In this document: piece after piece, positions 61,961 through 64,000 of the stretch
Layout: every line of letters begins with the position of its first letter
How positions within the stretch are numbered: position 1 is the first letter of the stretch
DNA from: Vicugna vicugna
Taxonomy: Eukaryota
Length of the DNA: 64,000 bases
Reading direction: 5' to 3'
NCBI GenBank assembly: GCA_013265495.1
Contig: MU058444.1
Location: 806,001 to 870,000 of the forward strand
Program-made: the position numbers and the translations under genes
Notes under the pieces: generated by a model
Database searches by the model: none
Told to the model about the DNA's origin: nothing
What the model saw: only the letters and a program-made list of their open reading frames with translations

Positions 61961-63761
61961 TCATGGAGTTGAGAATTTATTGGGCAGTTTTCATATGAAA
62001 AGACAGGTTTATGTGTGCTTTCCCATATCTGGACTTAGTTCCTTACCACTATTCTTTCTGTCCTTTGCCATTTTCCTTCCACAATCTTTCTCTGAGTGCC
62101 TATAGATTTAGAGAGGTCCCCAATATCTTAAAACTAAATTTCCTGTGACCCTGTTCCTGCCTCTTCCTACCTTCACATCCATGGTTATCTTATTTTTTTC
62201 CTTCCCTCCACTGATAACTTTTAGCGGCTTGAAACTCCGCCTGTTTCTTATTTCTTTGCCTTTGACGTCCACATCCAATCTGATTCCCAAATCATACTGA
62301 TTTTCAGTCTCATTGGCTGTTGAACTGGTCTCCTTTCCTTTTTCACTGCCTCACCCTTGTCAAACTTTTCACACCCCAGCTCTTTCGAGAATTTATCCAA
62401 ATGAAATCGTCTGTTAGATTAGGCATTATTTCACCATCAGTAGAGACAGGTCTGTGTTTTTCAATGTAGCCATCAGGGCTCTTCACAATCTGAGCTTCAG
62501 TATAATGATAGTGGCCACTTACTGTGGTCTTAGCACTCGACATGCCATGATACGGGTTTTACAGATACTATTTCCAGTTCGTAATTCTCACAACAGTCCT
62601 AGGCAGTAAATAACATTGCTCTCACCCTATAGGGGAGGAAACCTCTCTAAACTTTATTCCTAAACTTACCTTCCAACACATCCCGCCATGCCCATGGCCA
62701 CATGTGACAACGGATGTGTATGGTCCCAGAATTCCCTTTTACCTTCTCACGTCTAGCCTTGAACTCTGTTCTTTCAGCGTCTAGTTATACATCAACTTCC
62801 CTCTCCTGCCGAGCCTGTTCCATCCATCAGGACCCAATTCAAATTCCAGCCGCTCTGTGAAGTTCAGGACTCCCCAGTGATCTCAGCAGTTCGTCAGTTC
62901 TTCCTCTTACCTGGTTCAGCACGGAGGGCCTTTCCACTGAAAATTCCTGGCTTGTACTATTATCTTCCCTTTCCTGGGCCCGCTTCCTCTCTCCTCACCT
63001 AACTTGTAGGCTCCTTAAGGTATCAGGTCAATTTTATATATTCTCTCATCGCGTGAAGGATGGAAAGCCCTGAGCATTAACGCCTTTAATGGATTCTTCC
63101 TCTTACTCATATTTTCCTCTCTTTTATTTGCTTTGAATAATTAACATTTTAGTAGATATCCTTCCTGGCGATTTCACTTGATTTATGCATGAATGCATAT
63201 CTTAGTAAAATTCAACTTCCCACGGGCCCATTTTAATTTGTTTAGTTTACATATTCTGGCTTAAAAAATACGATAAGTGTGTATTTACAGAAGCTGTTTC
63301 AGAATGCTCATAAATATTGCTCTTTTAATCCAGCATTATTTCTGAACACCAGAAAGTGAGGATCCACACAGAGAACACAAATTGAATCAGCCAGAGGACT
63401 GCAGGCCAAAAATGAAGACCAGAGCTGCAAAAACGTTAAAAGTTGAGACATGGAACTTAGTAAAAACAAGAAGAAAAGTGAAGTGTGTAAAACCAGAAAA
63501 GTCTCCACATGCTGCTGAAAAAAGGAAACTACAGATCACAGACACCACGGTCTGGAAGTTTAGCTATGCGCTGCGCCGGGAATTACTTCTACTTCCTACC
63601 TTTGACCTTTGCTCTGTTTCAGTGTGAAGCATATGTAAATTTCATTCTCCAAAGGCTACTCATCAGGCAGGGGCTAACTCAAATCTCAAAGGTTAACATT
63701 TGCCCCAAGTGTTTTATTCTGGGCCAAATAGCTATAAAAGTCACTTAAAAAATCAGTTCCA

Positions 63762-63845
63762 GGGATAAGGGTATATAGCTCAAGTGGTACAGCGCATGCT
63801 CAACACCCAGGAGGTCCCGGGTTCAATTTCCAGGGACCTCCTCCA
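63762..63845 (+). mobile_element. Vic-1-like SINE head without tail
   Basis: gggtatatagctcaagtggtacagcgcatgc...ggtcccgggttcaatttccagggacctcctcc, then unique sequence. Confidence 0.85.
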
Positions 63846-63960
63846 AGCAGAACTCATTGAGAAAATCTTGTCACCCGCCTCCTCACAAAACAATGCAAGC
63901 AAAAGTCAATTCCAGCTTTGGGTAATAGAGACATCAAGCCAGAAGTTTAACATATGCTTC

Positions 63961-63999
63961 TTCCTTCTTCCCCGTACGTGTTTCCTTCTTCCCCGTACG
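63961..63999 (+). repeat. 18-bp direct repeat (period 21) at the window edge
   Basis: ttccttcttccccgtacg at 63961-63978 and 63982-63999. Confidence 0.9.
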
Positions 64000-64000
64000 A

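Noticed and set aside
14004..63845. tRNA-Ala-like sequences as real tRNA genes
   Set aside because: They have broken stems, and most have SINE-specific tails (some with TSDs). They are SINE copies.

Overview
Mammalian nuclear DNA, very probably camelid (alpaca, vicuna or camel), inferred from seven copies of a tRNA-Ala-like SINE that match the camelid Vic-1 type as I recall it. The window is AT-rich and transposon-dense and looks intronic or intergenic. It holds young and old LINE-1 fragments, L2 and MIR relics, MaLR and ERV1 solo LTRs, hAT and Tigger MITEs, and one 442-N assembly gap. I could not recognise any host protein-coding gene, structural RNA gene or CRISPR array. The ORF track is L1 ORF2 remnants, gap artefacts and apparent chance ORFs. 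I found no evidence of a new multi-gene system. The best observations are: (i) a perfect 40-bp copy of 7183-7222 sitting between two perfect 47-bp direct repeats at 9770-9902; (ii) a 5'-inverted (twin-primed) L1 at about 38080-40494 that carries a copy of its own L1/flank junction inside its body; (iii) a very dense, CpG-retaining transcription-factor motif cluster at 31220-31302; (iv) a 20-bp tandem duplication that gives a paired STAT/GAS site at 55361-55400. Repeat family names come from memory of consensus sequences, not from a database search, and boundaries of old repeats are approximate.
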